Shown here: piece by piece, positions 28,231-43,600 of the stretch
Layout: the number at the start of each line of letters is the position of its first letter
Numbering within the stretch: the first letter of the stretch is position 1
NCBI RefSeq assembly: GCF_009914755.1
Contig: NC_060933.1
Strand: one strand, 5' to 3'
Source: the human T2T-CHM13v2.0 reference genome, Homo sapiens
Length of the DNA stretch: 64,000 nucleotides
Notes under the pieces: generated by a model
Databases searched by the model: none
Told to the model about the DNA's origin: nothing
Seen by the model: only the letters and a program-made list of their open reading frames with translations
Made by a program: the position numbers and the translations under genes

Positions 28231-31200
28231 CCTTTCCGTTCCATTCCATTCCATTCCATTCCATTCCGTTCCGTTCCATTCCATTCCATTCCATTTTATT
28301 CGGGTTAATTCCATTCCATTCCATTCGATTGCAATCGAGTTGATTCTATTCCATTCCCTTCCATTCCATTCCATTCCATTCCATTCCTTTCCTTTCCATT
28401 CCATTACGGATGATTCCATTCCATTGCATTCCCTTCCATTCCATTCCCTTGTACTCGGGTTGATTCCATTCCATTCCATTCCAATCCATTCCATTCCACT
28501 CGTGTTGATTCCATTCTTTCCATTCCGTTCAAGTTGAATCCATTCCATTGCATTCCATTCCATTCCGTTCCCCGGCAGTCGGGTTGTTTCCATTCCATTC
28601 CATTCCATTCCATTCCATTCCATTCCATTCCATTCCATTCCGTTCCGTTCCATTCCATTCCATTCCATTCCATTCTATCCGGGTTAATTCCATTCCATTC
28701 CATTCCATTCCATTCCATTCCATTCCAATCGAGTTGATTCCATTCCATTCCATTCCATTCCATTCCACTCCATTCCAGTCCTTTCCATTCCATTCCACTC
28801 GGGTTGATTCCAATGTATGCCTTTCCATTCCATTCCATTCCATTGCAATCGAGTTGATTCCATTGCTTTGCATTCCATTGCATTCCATTCCATTCCGGAT
28901 GATTCCATTCCATTGCATTCCATTCCATTCCATTCCCCTGCACTCGGGTTGACTCCATTCTATTACACTCCATTCCGTTCCATTCCATTCCATTGCATTG
29001 TATTCGGGTTAATTCCATTCCATTCCATTCCATTCCATTCCATTCCATTACAATCGAGTTGATTCCATTCCATTCCATTCCATTCCAGTCCTTTCCATTC
29101 CATTCCTCTCGGGTTGATTCCATTCTATTAGTTTCCATTCCATTCCATTCCCTTCCATTCCACTCTGGTTGATTCCATTCCTTTCCATTCCACTCGAATA
29201 CATTCCCTCCTATTCCACTCGGAACCATTCCATTCCATTCCATTCCATTCCATTTCGTTCCATTCCATTCTATTCAGTATCGTTCCATTCCATTCCATTC
29301 CATTCCATTCCATTCCATTCCATTCCATTCCATTGTACTCGGGTTGATTCAATTCCATTGCATTCCATTCCATTCCATTCCATTCCATTCCGTTGCATTC
29401 CATTCCATTACATTCGGATTGATTCTATTCAACTCCCTTACTCTCCATTACATTCAATTCCATTCTGGTTGTTCCATTCCATTCCATTCCATTCCACTCC
29501 ATTCCATTGCACTCGGGTTGATTCCATTCCATTCCATTACATTACATTCCATTCCGGATGATTCCATTCCATTGCATTCTGTTCCATTGCATTCCCCTGC
29601 ACTCGCGTTGATTCCATTCCATTCCATTCCATTCCATTCAATTCCATTCCACTACAATTCGTTCCATTCCATTCTATTCCGTACCATTCCATTCCATTCC
29701 ATACCATTCCATTCCATTCCATTCCATTCCATTCCGTTCCATTCCGTTCCATTCCATTCCATTCCATTCTATTCGAATTAATTCCATTCCATTCCATTCT
29801 ATTCCATTCCATTCCATTCTATTCCATTCCATTGCAATCGAGTTGAATCCATTGCATTTCATTCCATTCCATTCCATTCCATTCCATTCCGGAAGATTCC
29901 ATTCCATTGCATTCCATTCCATTCCATTCCCCTGCACTCGCGTTGATTCCATTCCATTCCATTCCATTCCATTCCATTCCATTCCATTCCATTCCATTCC
30001 TTTCCATTCCATTACGGATGATTCCATTCCATTGCATTCCATTCCTTTCCATTCCCCTGTACTCGGGTTGATTCCATTCCATTCCATTCCAATCCATGCC
30101 ATTCCACTCGTGTTGATTCCATTCTTTCCATTCCATTCAAGTTGAATCCATTCCATTACATTCCATTCCATTCGATTCCATTCGATTGCACTCGGGTTGA
30201 TTCCATTCCATTGCATTCCATTCCATTCCATTCCATTCCGTTCCATTCGGATTCATTCTATTCAATTCCCTTACACTCCATTACATTCCATTCCATTCGG
30301 GTAGTTTCCATTCCATTCCATTCCATTCCTCTCCATTCCATTGCACTCGGGTTGATTCCATTCCTTTCCAATCCACTCGAATACATTCCCTCCTATTCCA
30401 CTCGGACCGATTCCATTCCATTCCATTCCACTCCATTCCATTCCATTCCATTCCATTCCATTCCATTTCGTTCCATTCCATTCTATTCCGTATCATTCCA
30501 TTCCATTCCATTCCATTCCATTCCATTCCATTCCATTGTACTCGGGTTGATTCAATTCCATTGCATTCCATTCCATTCCATTCCATTCCATTCCATTCCG
30601 TTGCATTCCATTCCATTACATTCGGATTGATTCTATTCAACTCCCTTACTCTCCATTACATTCAATTCCATTCGGGTTGTTCCATTCCATTCCATTCCAT
30701 TCCACTCCATTCCATTGCACTCGGGTTGATTCCATTCCATTCCATTCCATTCCATTCCGCATGATTCCATTCCATTGCATTCCGTTCCATTACATACCCC
30801 TGCACTCGCGTTGATTCCATTCCATTCCATTTCATTCCATTCAATTCCATTCCATTACAATTCGTTCCATTCCATTCTATTCCGTATCATTCCATTCCAT
30901 TCCATAACATTCCATTCCATTCCATTCCGTTCCATTCCGTTCCATTCCATTCCATTCCATTCTATTCGAATTAATTCCATTCCATTCCATTCCATTCCAT
31001 TCTATTCCATTTCATTGCAATCGAGTTGAATCCATTGTATTTCATTCCATTCCTTTCCATTCCATTCCATTCCGGAAGATTCCATTCCATTGCATTCCAT
31101 TCCATTCCATTCCCCTGCACTCGCATTGATTCCATTCCATTCCATTCCATTCCATTCCATTCCGTTCCTTTCCATTCCATTCCATTCCATTCCATTCCGT

Positions 31201-34200
31201 TCCGTTCCATCCCATTCCATTCCATTCTATTCGGGTTAATTCCATTCCATTCCATTCGATTGCAATCGAGTTGATTCCATTCCATTCCATTCCATTCCAT
31301 TCCATTCCATTCCATTCCATTCCATTCCATTCCATTCCTTTCCATTCCATTACGGATGATTCCATTCCATTGCATTCCATTCCATTCCATTCCCCTGTAC
31401 TCGGGTTGATTCCATTCCATTCCATTCCAATCCATCCCCTTCCACTCGTGTTGATTCCATTCTTTCCATTCCATTCATGTTGAATCCATTCCATTGTATT
31501 CCATTCCATTCGATTCCATTCGATTGCACTCGGGTTGATTCCATTCCATTGCATTCAATTCCATTCCATTCCATTCCATTCCATTCCATTGTACTCGGGT
31601 TGATTCATTTCCATTGCATTCCATTCCATTCCATTCCATTCCATTCCATTCCGTTGCATTCCATTCCATTACATTCGGATTGATTGTATTCAACACCCTT
31701 ACTCTCCATTACATTCAATTCCATTCGGGTTGTTCCATTCCATTCCATTCCATTCCACTCCATTCCATTGCACTCGGGTTGATTCCATTCCATTCCATTC
31801 CATTCCATTCCATTCCGGATGATTCCATTCCATTGCATTCCGTTCCATTACATTCCCCTGCACTCGCGTTGATTCCATTCCATTCCATTCCATTCCATTC
31901 AATTCCATTCCATTACAATTCGTTCCATTCCATTCTATTCCGTACCATTCCATTCCATTCCATACCATTCCATTCCATTCCATTCCATTCCATTCCGTTC
32001 CATTCCGTTCCATTCCATTCCATTCCATTCTATTCGAATTAATTCCATTCCATTCCATTCCATTCCATTCTATTCCATTCCATTGCAATCGAGTTGAATC
32101 CATTGCATTTCATTCCATTCCATTCCATTCCATTCCATTCCGGAAGATTCCATTCCATTGCATTCCATTCCATTCCATTCCCCTGCACTCGCGTTGATTC
32201 CATTCCATTCCATTCCATTCCATTCCATTCCGTTCCGTTCCATTCCATTCCATTCCATTCCATTCCATTCCATTCCGTTCCGTTCCATTCCATTCCATTC
32301 CATTCTATTCGGGTTAATTCCATTCCATTCCATTCGATTGCAATCGAGTTGATTCCATTCCATTCCATTCCATTCCATTCCATTCCATTCCATTACTTTC
32401 CATTCCATTACGGATGATTCCATTCCATTGCATTCCATACCATTCCATTCCCCTATACTCGGGTTGATTCTATTCCATTCCATTCCAATCCATGCCATTC
32501 CACTCGTGTTGATTCCATTCTTTCCATTCCATTCAAGTTAAATCCATTCCATTGCATTCCATTCCATTCGATTCCATTCGATTGCACTCGGGTTGATTCC
32601 ATTCCATTGCATTCCATTCCATTCCATTCCATTCCATTCCATTCCGTTCCATTCCATTTCATTATATTCAGATTGATTCTATTCAATTCCCTTACACTCC
32701 ATTATATTCCAATCCATTCTGGTTGTCTCCATTCCATTCCATTCCATTTCACTCCATTCCATTGCACTCGGGTTGATTCCATTCCATTCCATTCCATTGC
32801 ATTCCATTCCATTCCATTCCGGATGATTCCATTCCATTGCCTTCCATTCCATTCCATTCCCCTGCACTCGGGTTGATTCCATTCCATTCCATTACATTAC
32901 ATTCCGTTCCATTCCATTCCATTCCATTCGGATTGATTCTATTCAATTCCGTTACACTCCATTACATTCCATTCCATTCGGGTAGTTTCCATTCCATTCC
33001 ATTCCATTCCTCTCCATTCCATTGCACTCGGGTTGATTCCATTCCATTCCATTCCATTCCATTGCATTACATTACATTCCATTCCATTCGGTTCCATTGT
33101 ACTCGGGTTGATTCCATTCCATTGCATTCCATTCCATTCCATTCCATTCCATTCCATTCCATTCCATTCCGTTCCATTCCATTACATTCGGATTGATTCT
33201 ATTCAACTCCCTTACTCTCCATTACATTCCATTCCATTCGGGTTGTTCCATTCCATTCCATTCCATTCCATTCCATTCGATTCCATTCCATTCCAATTCT
33301 TTCCATTCCATTCTATTCCGTACCATTCCATTCCATTCCATACAATTCCATTCCATTCCATTCCACTCCGTTCCGTTCCGTTCCGTTCTGTTCCGTTCCA
33401 TTCAATTCCATTCCATTCTATTCGGTTTAATTCCATTCCATTCCATTCCATTCCATTCCATTCCATTCTATTCCATTCCATTGCAATCGAGTTGAATCCA
33501 TTTCATTCCATTCCATTCCATTCCATTCCATTCCGGAAGATTCCATTCCATTGCATTCCATTCCATTCCATTCCATTCCATTCCATTCCATTCCATTCCA
33601 TTCCATTCCATTCCATTCCATTCCATTGTACTCGGGTTGATTCCATTCCATTGCATTCCATTCCATTCCATTCCATTCCATTCCATTCCATTCCGTTCCG
33701 TTCTATTCCATTATATTCGGAATGATTCTTTTCAACTCCCTTACTCTCCATTACATTCCATTCCATGAGGGTTGTTCCATTCCATTCCATTCCATTCCAC
33801 TCCATTCCATTGCACTCGTGTTGATTCCATTCAATTCCATTCCATTCCATTCCATTCCATTCCATTCCGGAAGATTCCATTCCATTGCATTCCATTCCAT
33901 TCCATTCCCCTGCACTCGCGTTGATTCCATTCCATTCCATTTTATTCCATTCCATTCCCTTCCTTTCCGTTCCATTCCATTCCATTCCATTCCATTCCGT
34001 TCCGTTCCATTCCATTCCATTCCATTCTATTCGGGTTAATTCCATTCCATTCCATTCGATTGCAATCGAGTTGATTCTATTCCATTCCATTCCATTCCAT
34101 TCCATTCCATTCCATTCCTTTCCTTTCCATTCCATTACGGATGATTCCATTCCATTGCATTCCATTCCATTCCATTCCCTTGTACTCGGGTTGATTCCAT

Positions 34201-35670
34201 TCCATTCCATTCCAATCCATGCCATTCCACTCGTGTTGATTCCATTCTTTCCATTCCGTTCAAGTTGAATCCATTCCATTGCATTCCATTCCATTCCGTT
34301 CCCCGGCAGTCGGGTTGTTTCCATTCCATTCCATTCCATTCCATTCCATTCCATTCCATTCCGTTCCGTTCCATTCCATTCCATTCCATTCCATTCTATT
34401 CGGGTTAATTCCATTCCATTCCATTCCATTCCATTCCAATCGAGTTGATTCCATTCCATTCCATTCCATTCCATTCCACTCCATTCCAGTCCTTTCCATT
34501 CCATTCCACTCGGGTTGATTCCAATGTATGCCTTTCCATTCCATTCCATTCCATTGCAATCGAGTTGATTCCATTGCTTTGCATTCCATTGCATTCCATT
34601 CCATTCCGGATGATTCCATTCCATTGCATTCCATTCCATTCCATTCCCCTGCACTCGGGTTGATTCCATTCCATTACACTCCATTCCGTTCCATTCCATT
34701 CCATTGCATTGTATTCGGGTTAATTCCATTCCATTCCATTCCATTCCATTCCATTCCATTACAATCGAGTTGATTCCATTCCATTCCATTCCATTCCAGT
34801 CCTTTCCATTCCATTCCTCTCGGGTTGATTCCATTCTATTAGTTTCCATTCCATTCCATTCCCTTCCATTCCACTCTGGTTGATTCCATTCCTTTCCATT
34901 CCACTCGAATACATTCCCTCCTATTCCACTCGGAACCATTCCATTCCATTCCATTCCATTTCGTTCCATTCCATTCTATTCAGTATCATTCCATTCCATT
35001 CCATTCCATTCCATTCCATTCCATTCCATTCCATTCCATTCCATTGTACTCGGGTTGATTCAATTCCATTGCATTCCATTCCATTCCATTCCATTCCATT
35101 CCGTTGCATTCCATTTCATTACATTCGGATTGATTCTATTCAACTCCCTTACTCTCCATTACATTCAATTCCATTCTGGTTGTTCCAATCCATTCCATTC
35201 CATTCCACTCCATTCCATTGCACTCGGGTTGATTCCATTCCATTCCATTACATTCCATTCCATTCCGGATGATTCCATTCCATTGCATTCTGTTCCATTA
35301 CATTCCCCTGCACTCGCGTTGATTCCATTCCATTCCATTCCATTCCATTCCATTCAATTCCATTCCATTACAATTCGTTCCATTCCATTCTATTCCGTAC
35401 CATTCCATTCCATTCCATACCATTCCATTCCATTCCATTCCATTCCATTCCGTTCCATTCCGTTCCATTCCATTCCATTCCATTCTATTCGAATTAATTC
35501 CATTCCATTCCATTCTATTCCATTCCATTCCATTCTATTCCATTCCATTGCAATCGAGTTGAATCCATTGCATTTCATTCCATTCCATTCCATTCCATTC
35601 CATTCCGGAAGATTCCATTCCATTGCATTCCATTCCATTCCATTCCCCTGCACTCGCGTTGATTCCATTC
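28050..35670 (+). repeat. Dispersed direct duplication of a ~1.9-kb block (~28050-29950 and ~33790-35670), offset ~5.71-5.73 kb
   Basis: Seen: ccgttccccggcagtcgggttgttt (28565/34296), ccaatgtatgcctt (28810/34521), cctctcgggttg (29105/34816), ggaaccatt (29221/34932). ORF pairs offset 5711. Confidence 0.9.
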
Positions 35671-37540
35671 CATTCCATTCCATTCCATTGCATTCCATTC
35701 CATTCCATTCCGTTCCGTTCCATTCCATTCCATTCCATTCTATTCGGGTTAATTCCATTCCATTCCATTCGATTGCAATCGAGTTGATTCCATTCCATTC
35801 CATTCCATTCCATTCCATTCCATTCCATTCCTTTCCATTCCATTACGGATGATTCCATTCCATTGCATTCCATTCCATTCCATTCCCCTGTACTCGGGTT
35901 GATTCCATTCCATTGCATTCCAATCCATGCCATTCCACTCGTGTTGATTCCATTCTTTCCATTCCATTCAAGTTGAATCCATTCCATTGCATTCCATTCC
36001 ATTCGATTCCATTCAATTGCACTCGGGTTGATTCCATTCCATTTCATTCCATTCCATTCCATTCCATTCCATTCCGTTCCATTCCATTCCAATACATTCG
36101 GATTGATTCTATTCAATTCCCTTACACTCCATTACATTCCATTCCATTCGGGTAGTTTCCATTCCATTCCATTCCATTCCTCTCCATTCCATTGCACTCG
36201 GGTTGATTCCATTGCATTGCATTCCATTCCATTCCATTCAATTCCATTTCGTTCCATTCCATTACATTACATTCGGATTGATTCTATTCAACTCCCTTAC
36301 TCTCCATTACATTCCATTCCATTCGGGTTGTTCCATTCCATTCCATTCCATTCCACTCCATTCCATTGCACTCGGGTTGATTCCATTCCATTACATTCCA
36401 TTCCATTCCATTCCATTCCGGAAGATTCCATTCCATTGCATTCCATTCCATTCCATTCCCCTGCACTCGCGTTGATTCCATTCCATTCCATTCTATTCCA
36501 TTCCATTCCCTTCCCTTCCGTTCCATTCCATTCCATTCCATTCCATTCCATTCCATTCCGTTCCGTTCCGTTCCATTCCATTCCATTCCATTCTATTCGG
36601 GTTAATTCCATTCCATTCCATTCGATTGCAATCGAGTTGATTCCATTCCATTCCATTCCATTCCATTCCATTCCATTCCATTCCTTTCCATTCCATTACG
36701 GATGATTCCATTCCATTGCATTCCATACCATTCCATTCCCCTATACTCGGGTTGATTCTATTCCATTCCATTCCAATCCATGCCATTCCACTCGTGTTGA
36801 TTCCATTCTTTCCATTCCATTCAAGTTAAATCCATTCCATTGCATTCCATTCCATTCGATTCCATTCGATTGCACTCGGGTTGATTCCATTCCATTGCAT
36901 TCCATTCCATTCCATTCCATTCCATTCCATTCCGTTCCATTCCATTTCATTATATTCAGATTGATTCTATTCAATTCCCTTACACTCCATTATATTCCAA
37001 TCCATTCTGGTTGTCTCCATTCCATTCCATTCCATTTCACTCCATTCCATTGCACTCGGGTTGATTCCATTCCATTCCATTCCATTGCATTCCATTCCAT
37101 TCCATTCCGGATGATTCCATTCCATAGCATTCCATTCCATTCCATTCCCCTGCAGTCGGGTTGATTCCATTCCATTCCATTACATTACTTTCCGTTCCAT
37201 TCCATTCCATTCCATTCGGATTGATTCTATTCAATTCCGTTACACTCCATTACATTCCATTCCATTCGGGTAGTTTCCATTCCATTCCATTCCATTCCTC
37301 TCCATTCCATTGCACTCGGGTTGATTCCATTCCATTCCATTCCATTCCATTGCATTACATTACATTCCATTCCTTTCGGTTCCATTGTACTCGGGTTGAT
37401 TCCATTCCATTGCATTCCATTCCATTCCATTCCATTCCATTCCATTCCATTCCATTCCGTTCCATTCCATTACATTCGGATTGATTCTATTCAACTCCCT
37501 TACTCTCCATTACATTCCATTTCATTCGGGTTGTTCCATT
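32250..37540 (+). repeat. Dispersed direct duplication of a ~1.0-kb block (~32250-33250 and ~36550-37540), offset 4288 bp
   Basis: Seen: ccatacc..cccctatactcgggttgattcta (32435/36723), caagttaaatcc (32534/36822), caattccgttacac (32944/37232). Several ORF pairs are offset by exactly 4288. Confidence 0.9.
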
Positions 37541-38039
37541 CCATTCCATTCCCTTCCACTCCATTCCATTGCGCTCGGGTTGATTCCATTCCATTCCATT
37601 CCATTCCATTCCATTCCATTCCATTCCATTCCGGATGATTCCATTCCATTGCATTCCGTTCCATTACATTCCCCTGCACTCGGGTTGATTCCATTCCATT
37701 TCATTCCATTCCATTCGATTCCATTCCATTCCAATTCTTTCCATTCCATTCTATTCCGTACCATTCCATTCCATTCCATACTATTCCATTCCGTTCCATT
37801 CAACTCCGTTCCGTTCCGTTCCGTTCTGTTCCATTCCATTCCATTCCATTCCATTCTATTCGGTTTAATTCCATTCCATTCCATTCCATTCCATTCCATT
37901 CTATTCCATTCCATTGCAATCGAGTTGAATCCATTGCATTCCATTCCATTCCAGTCCTTTCCATTCCATTCCTCTCGGGTTGATTCCATTCTATTAGATT
38001 CCATTCCATTCCATTCCCTTCCATTCCACTCTGGTTGAT

Positions 38040-40690
38040 TCCATTCCTTTCCATTCCACTCGAATACATTCCCTCCTATTCCACTCGGAACGATTCCATT
38101 CCATTCCATTCCATTCCATTCCATTCCATTCCATTTCGTTCCATTCTATTCTATTCCGTATCATTCCATTCCATTCCATTCCATTCCATTCCATTCCATT
38201 CCATTCCATTGTACTCGGGTTGATTCAATTCCATTGCATTCCATTCCATTCCATTCCATTCCATTCCGTTGCATTCCATTCCATTACATTCGGATTGATT
38301 CTATTCAACTCCCTTACTCTCCATTACATTCCATTCCATTCGGGTTGTTCCATTCCATTCCATTCCATTCCACTCCATTCCATTGCACTCGGGTTGATTC
38401 CATTCCATTCCATTCCATTCCATTCCGGATGATTCCATTCCATTGCATTCCGTTCCATTACATTCCCCTGCACTCGCGTTGATTCCATTCCATTCCATTT
38501 CATTCCATTCAATTCCATTCCATTACAATTCGTTCCATTCCATTCTATTCCGTACCATTCCATTCCATTCCATACCATTCCATTCCATTCCATTCCATTC
38601 CATTACGTTCCATTCCGTTCCATTCCATTCCATTCCATTCTATTCGAATTAATTCCATTCCATTCCATTCCATTCCATTCTATTCCATTCCATTGCAATC
38701 GAGTTGAATCCATTGTATTTCATTCCATTCCTTTCCATTCCATTCCATTCCGGAAGATTCCATTCCATTGCATTCCATTCCATTCCATTCCCCTGCACTC
38801 GCATTGATTCCATTCCATTCCATTCCATTCCATTCCGTTCCGTTCCTTTCCATTCCATTCCATTCCATTCCATTCCGTTCCGTTCCATTCCATTCCATTC
38901 CATTCTATTCGGGTTAATTCCATTCCATTCCATTCGATTGCAATCGAGTTGATTCCATTCCATTCCATTCCATTCCATTCCATTCCATTCCTTTCCATTC
39001 CATTACGGATGATTCCATTCCATTGCATTCCATTCCATTCCATTCCCCTGTACTCGGGTTGATTCCATTCCATTCCATTCCAATCCATGCCATTCCACTC
39101 GTGTTGATTCCATTCTTTCCATTCCATTCAAGTTGAATCCATTCCATTGCATTCCATTCCATTCGATTCCATTCGATTGCACTCGGGTTGATTCCATTCC
39201 ATTTCATTCCATTCCATTCCATTCCATTCCATTCCGTTCCATTCCATTCCATTACATTCGGATTGATTCTATTCAATTCCCTTACACTCCATTACATTCC
39301 ATTCCATTCGGGTAGTTTCCATTCCATTCCATTCCATTCCTCTCCATTCCATTGCACTCGGGTTGATTCCATTCCTTTCCATTCCACTCGAATACATTCC
39401 CTCCTATTCCACTCGGAACGATTCCATTCCATTCCATTCCACTCCATTCCATTCCATTCCATTCCATTCCATTCCATTTCGTTTCATTCCATTCTATTCC
39501 GTATCATTCCATTCCATTCCATTCCATTCCATTCCATTCCATTGTACTCGGGTTGATTCAATTCCATTGCATTCCATTCCATTCCATTCCATTCCATTCC
39601 GTTGCATTCCATTCCATTACATTCGGATTGATTCTGTTCAACTCCCTTACTCTCCATTACATTCAATTCCATTCGGGTTGTTCCATTCCATTCCATTCCA
39701 TTCCACTCCATTCCATTGCACTCGGGTTGATTCCATTCCATTCCATTCCATTCCATTCCGCATGATTCCATTCCATTGCATTCCGTTCCATTACATTCCC
39801 CTGCACTCGCGTTGATTCCATTCTATTCCATTTCATTCCATTCAATTCCATTCCATTACAATTCGTTCCATTCCATTCTATTCCGTACCATTCCATTCCA
39901 TTCCATAACATTCCATTCCATTCCATTCCATTCCATTGCGTTCCATTCCGTTCCATTCCATTCCATTCCATTCTATTCGAATTAATTCCATTCCATTCCA
40001 TTCCATTCCATTCTATTCCATTCCATTGCAATCGAGTTGAATCCATTGCATTTCATTCCATTCCTTTCCATTCCATTGCATTCCGGAAGATTCCATTCCA
40101 TTGCATTCCATTCCATTCCATTCCCCTGCACTCGCATTGATTCCATTCCATTCCATTCCATTCCATTCCATTCCGTTCCGTTCCTTTCCATTCCATTCCA
40201 TTCCATTCCATTCCGTTCCGTTCCATTCCATTCCATTCCATTCTATTCGGGTTAATTCCATTCCATTCCATTCCATTGCAATCGAGTTGATTCCATTCCA
40301 TTCCATTCCATTCCATTCCATTCCATTCCATTACGGATGATTCCATTCCATTGCATTCCATTCCATTCCATTCCCCTGTACTCGGGTTGATTCCATTCCA
40401 TTCCATTCCAATCCATGCCATTCCACTCGTTTTGATTCCATTCTTTCCATTCCATTCAAGTTGAATCCATTCCATTGCATTCCATTCCATTCGATTCCAT
40501 TCGATTGCACTCGGGTTGATTCCATTCCATTTCATTCCATTCCATTCCATTCCATTCCATTCCGTTCCATTCCATTCCATTACATTCGGATTGATTCTAT
40601 TCAATTCCCTTACACTCCATTACATTCCATTCCATTCGGGTAGTTTCCATTCCATTCCATTCAATTCCTGTCCATTCCATTGCACTCGGG
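38040..40690 (+). repeat. Tandem duplication, unit ~1.33 kb, with a third related copy at ~30350-31550
   Basis: Seen: ctcgcattgatt (31120/38798/40131) and attcgaattaatt (30964/38642/39975). ORF pairs 39133..39315 vs 40461..40643 (offset 1328) and 38704 vs 40037 (offset 1333). Confidence 0.82.
38990..39195 (+). repeat. Representative copy of recurrent ~205-bp cassette A (cctttcc..ttacggatgatt..cccctgtactcggg..ccaatccatgcc..ctcgtgttg..ctttcc..caagttgaatcc..cgattcc..cgattgcactcggg); about 38 copies in the window
   Basis: Seen: the marker ccaatccatgcc or a close variant occurs near 3722, 5946, 6975, 9236, 11165, 12049, 16200, 17988, 19446, 23413, 25602, 26820, 27638, 28481, 30089, 31427, 32485, 34212, 35920, 36773, 39080, 40408, 42608, 43942, 47456, 48135, 50431, 51659, 52972, 55982, 56645, 57973, 58891, 61062, 62780, 63704, plus partial variants near 5035 and 8650. 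The recurring pseudo-ORF MEWKEWNQHEWNGMDW tracks the same cassette. Confidence 0.9.
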
Positions 40691-43600
40691 TTGATTCCAT
40701 TCCATTGCATTCCATTCCATTCCATTCAATTCCATTCCGTTCCATTCCATTCCATTACATTCGGATTGATTCTATTCAACTCCCTTACTCTCCATTACAT
40801 TCCATTCCATTCGGGTTGTTCCATTCCATTCCATTCCATTCCACTCCATTCCATTGCACTCGGGTTGATTCCATTCCATTCCATTCCATTCCATTCCACT
40901 CCATTCCAGTCCTTTCCATTCCATTCCACTCGGGTTCATTCTACGTATTCCTTTCCATTCCATTCCATTCCATTGCAATGGAGTTGATTCCATTGCTTTG
41001 CATTCCATTCCGTTCCATTCCATTCCGGATGATTCCATTCCATTGCATTCCATTCCATTCCATTCCCCTGCACTCGTGTTGATTCCATTCCATTCCACTG
41101 CATTCCGTTCCATTCCATTGCATTCCATTGTATTCGGGTTAATTCCATTCCATTCCATTCCATTCCATTCCATTCTATTCCATTCCATTACAATTGAGTT
41201 GACTCCATTCCATTCCATTCCATTCCATTCCATTCCAGTCCTTTCCATTCCATTGCACTCGGGTTGATTCCATTCTATTAGTTTCCCTTCCATTCCATTC
41301 CCTTCCATTCCACTCTGGTTGATTCCATTCCTTTCCATTCCACTCGAATACATTCCATCCTATTCCACTCGGAACGATTCCATTCCATTCCATTCCATTC
41401 CATTCCATTCCATTCCACTCGTGTTGATTCCATTCCTTTCCATTCCATTCGGTTTGAAGGCATTCCATTCCATTCAATTCCATTCCATTCCGTTCCATTC
41501 CATTCCATTCCATTCCATTCCATTCCATTCCATCGTACTCGGGTTGATTCCATTCCATTGCATTCCATTCCATTCCATTCCATTCCATTCCACTCCGTTG
41601 CATTCCATTCCATTACATTCGGATTGATTCTATTCAACTCCCTTACTCTCCATTACATTCCATTCCATTCGGGTTGTTCCATTCCATTCCATTCCATTCC
41701 ACTCCATTCCATTGCACTCGGGTTGATTCCATTCCATTCCATTCCATTCCGGATGATTCCATTCGATTGCATTCCGTTCCATTACATTCCCCTGCACTCG
41801 CGTTAATTCCATTCCATTCCATTCCATTCCATTCCATTCCATTCCATTCCGTTCCATTCCGTTCCATTCCATTCCATTCCATTCTATTCGGGTTAATTCC
41901 ATTCCATTCCATTCCATTCCATTCCATTCTATTCCATTCCATTGCACTCGGGTTGATTCCATTCCATTGCATTCCATTCCATTCCATTCCATTCCATTCC
42001 ATTCCATTCCATTCCATTCCATTCTATTCCATTCCATTGTACTCTGGTTGATTCCATTCCATTGCATTCCATTCCATACCATTCAATTCCATTCCGTTCC
42101 ATTCCATTCCATTACATTCGGATTGATTCTATTCAACTCCCTTACTCTCCATTACATTCCATTCCATTCGGGTTGTTCCATTCCATTCCATTCTATTCCA
42201 CTCCATTCCATTGCACTCGAGTTGATTCCATTCCATTGCATTCCATTCCATTCCGGAAGATTCCATTCCATTGCATTCCATTCCATTACATTCCCCTGCA
42301 CTCGCGTTGATTCCATTCCATTCCATTCCATTCCATTCCATTCCTTTCCGTTCCATTCCATTCCATTCCGTTCCATTCCATTCCATTCCATTCCGTTCCG
42401 TTCCGTTCCATTTGATTCCATTCCATTCTATTCGGGTTAATTCCATTCCATTCCATTGGAATGCAATCGAGTTGATTCCATTCCATTCCATTCCATTCCA
42501 TTCCATTCCATTCCATTCCTTTCCATTCCATTACGGATGATTCCATTCCATTGCATTGCATTCCATTCCATTCCCCTCTACTCGTGTTGATTCCATTCCA
42601 TTTCATTCCAATCCATGCCATTCCACTCGTGTTGATTCCATTCTTTCCATTCCATTCAAGTTGAATCCATTCCATTGCATTCCATTCCATTTGATTCCAT
42701 TCGATTGCACTCGGGTTGATTCCATTCCATTTCATTCCATTCCATTGCATTCGATTCCATTCCATTCCAATCCGTTCCATTCCATTTCATTACATTCAGA
42801 TTGATTCTATTCAATTTCCTTACACTCCATTATATTCCAATCCATTCTGGTTGTTTCCATTCCATTCCATTCCATTTCACTCCATTCCATTGCACTCGGG
42901 TTGATTCCATTCCATTCCATTCCATTGCATTCCATTCCATTCCATTCCGGATGATTCGATTCCATTGCATTCCATTCCATTCCATTCCCCTGCACTCGGG
43001 TTGACTCCATTCCATTCCATTCCATTACATTCCGTTCCATTCCATTCCATTCAATTCGGACTGATTCTATTCAATTCCCTTACACTCCATTACATTCCAT
43101 TCCATTTGGGTAGTTTCCATTCCATTCCATTCCATTCCTCTCCATTCCATTGCACTCGGGTTGATTCCATTCCATTCCATTCCATTCCATTCCATTTCAT
43201 TCCATTCCATTGCACTCCATTCCATTGCACTCGGGTTGATTCCATTCCATTCCATTCCATTCCATTCCGGATGACTCCATTCCATTGCATTCCGTTCCAT
43301 TACCTTCCCCTGCACTCGGGTTGATTCCATTCCATTCCATTCCATTCCATTCCATTCCATTCGATTCCATTCCATTCCAATTCTTTCCATTCCATTCTAT
43401 TCCGTACCATTCCATTCCATTCCATACAATTCCATTCCATTCCATTCCATTCCATTCCATTCCGTTCCGTTCCATTCCATTCCATTCCATTCTATTCGGG
43501 TTAATTCCATTTCATTCCATTCCATTCCATTCTATTCCATTCCATTGCAATCGAGTTGAATCCATTGCATTCCATTCCATTCCATTCCATTCCATTCCGG

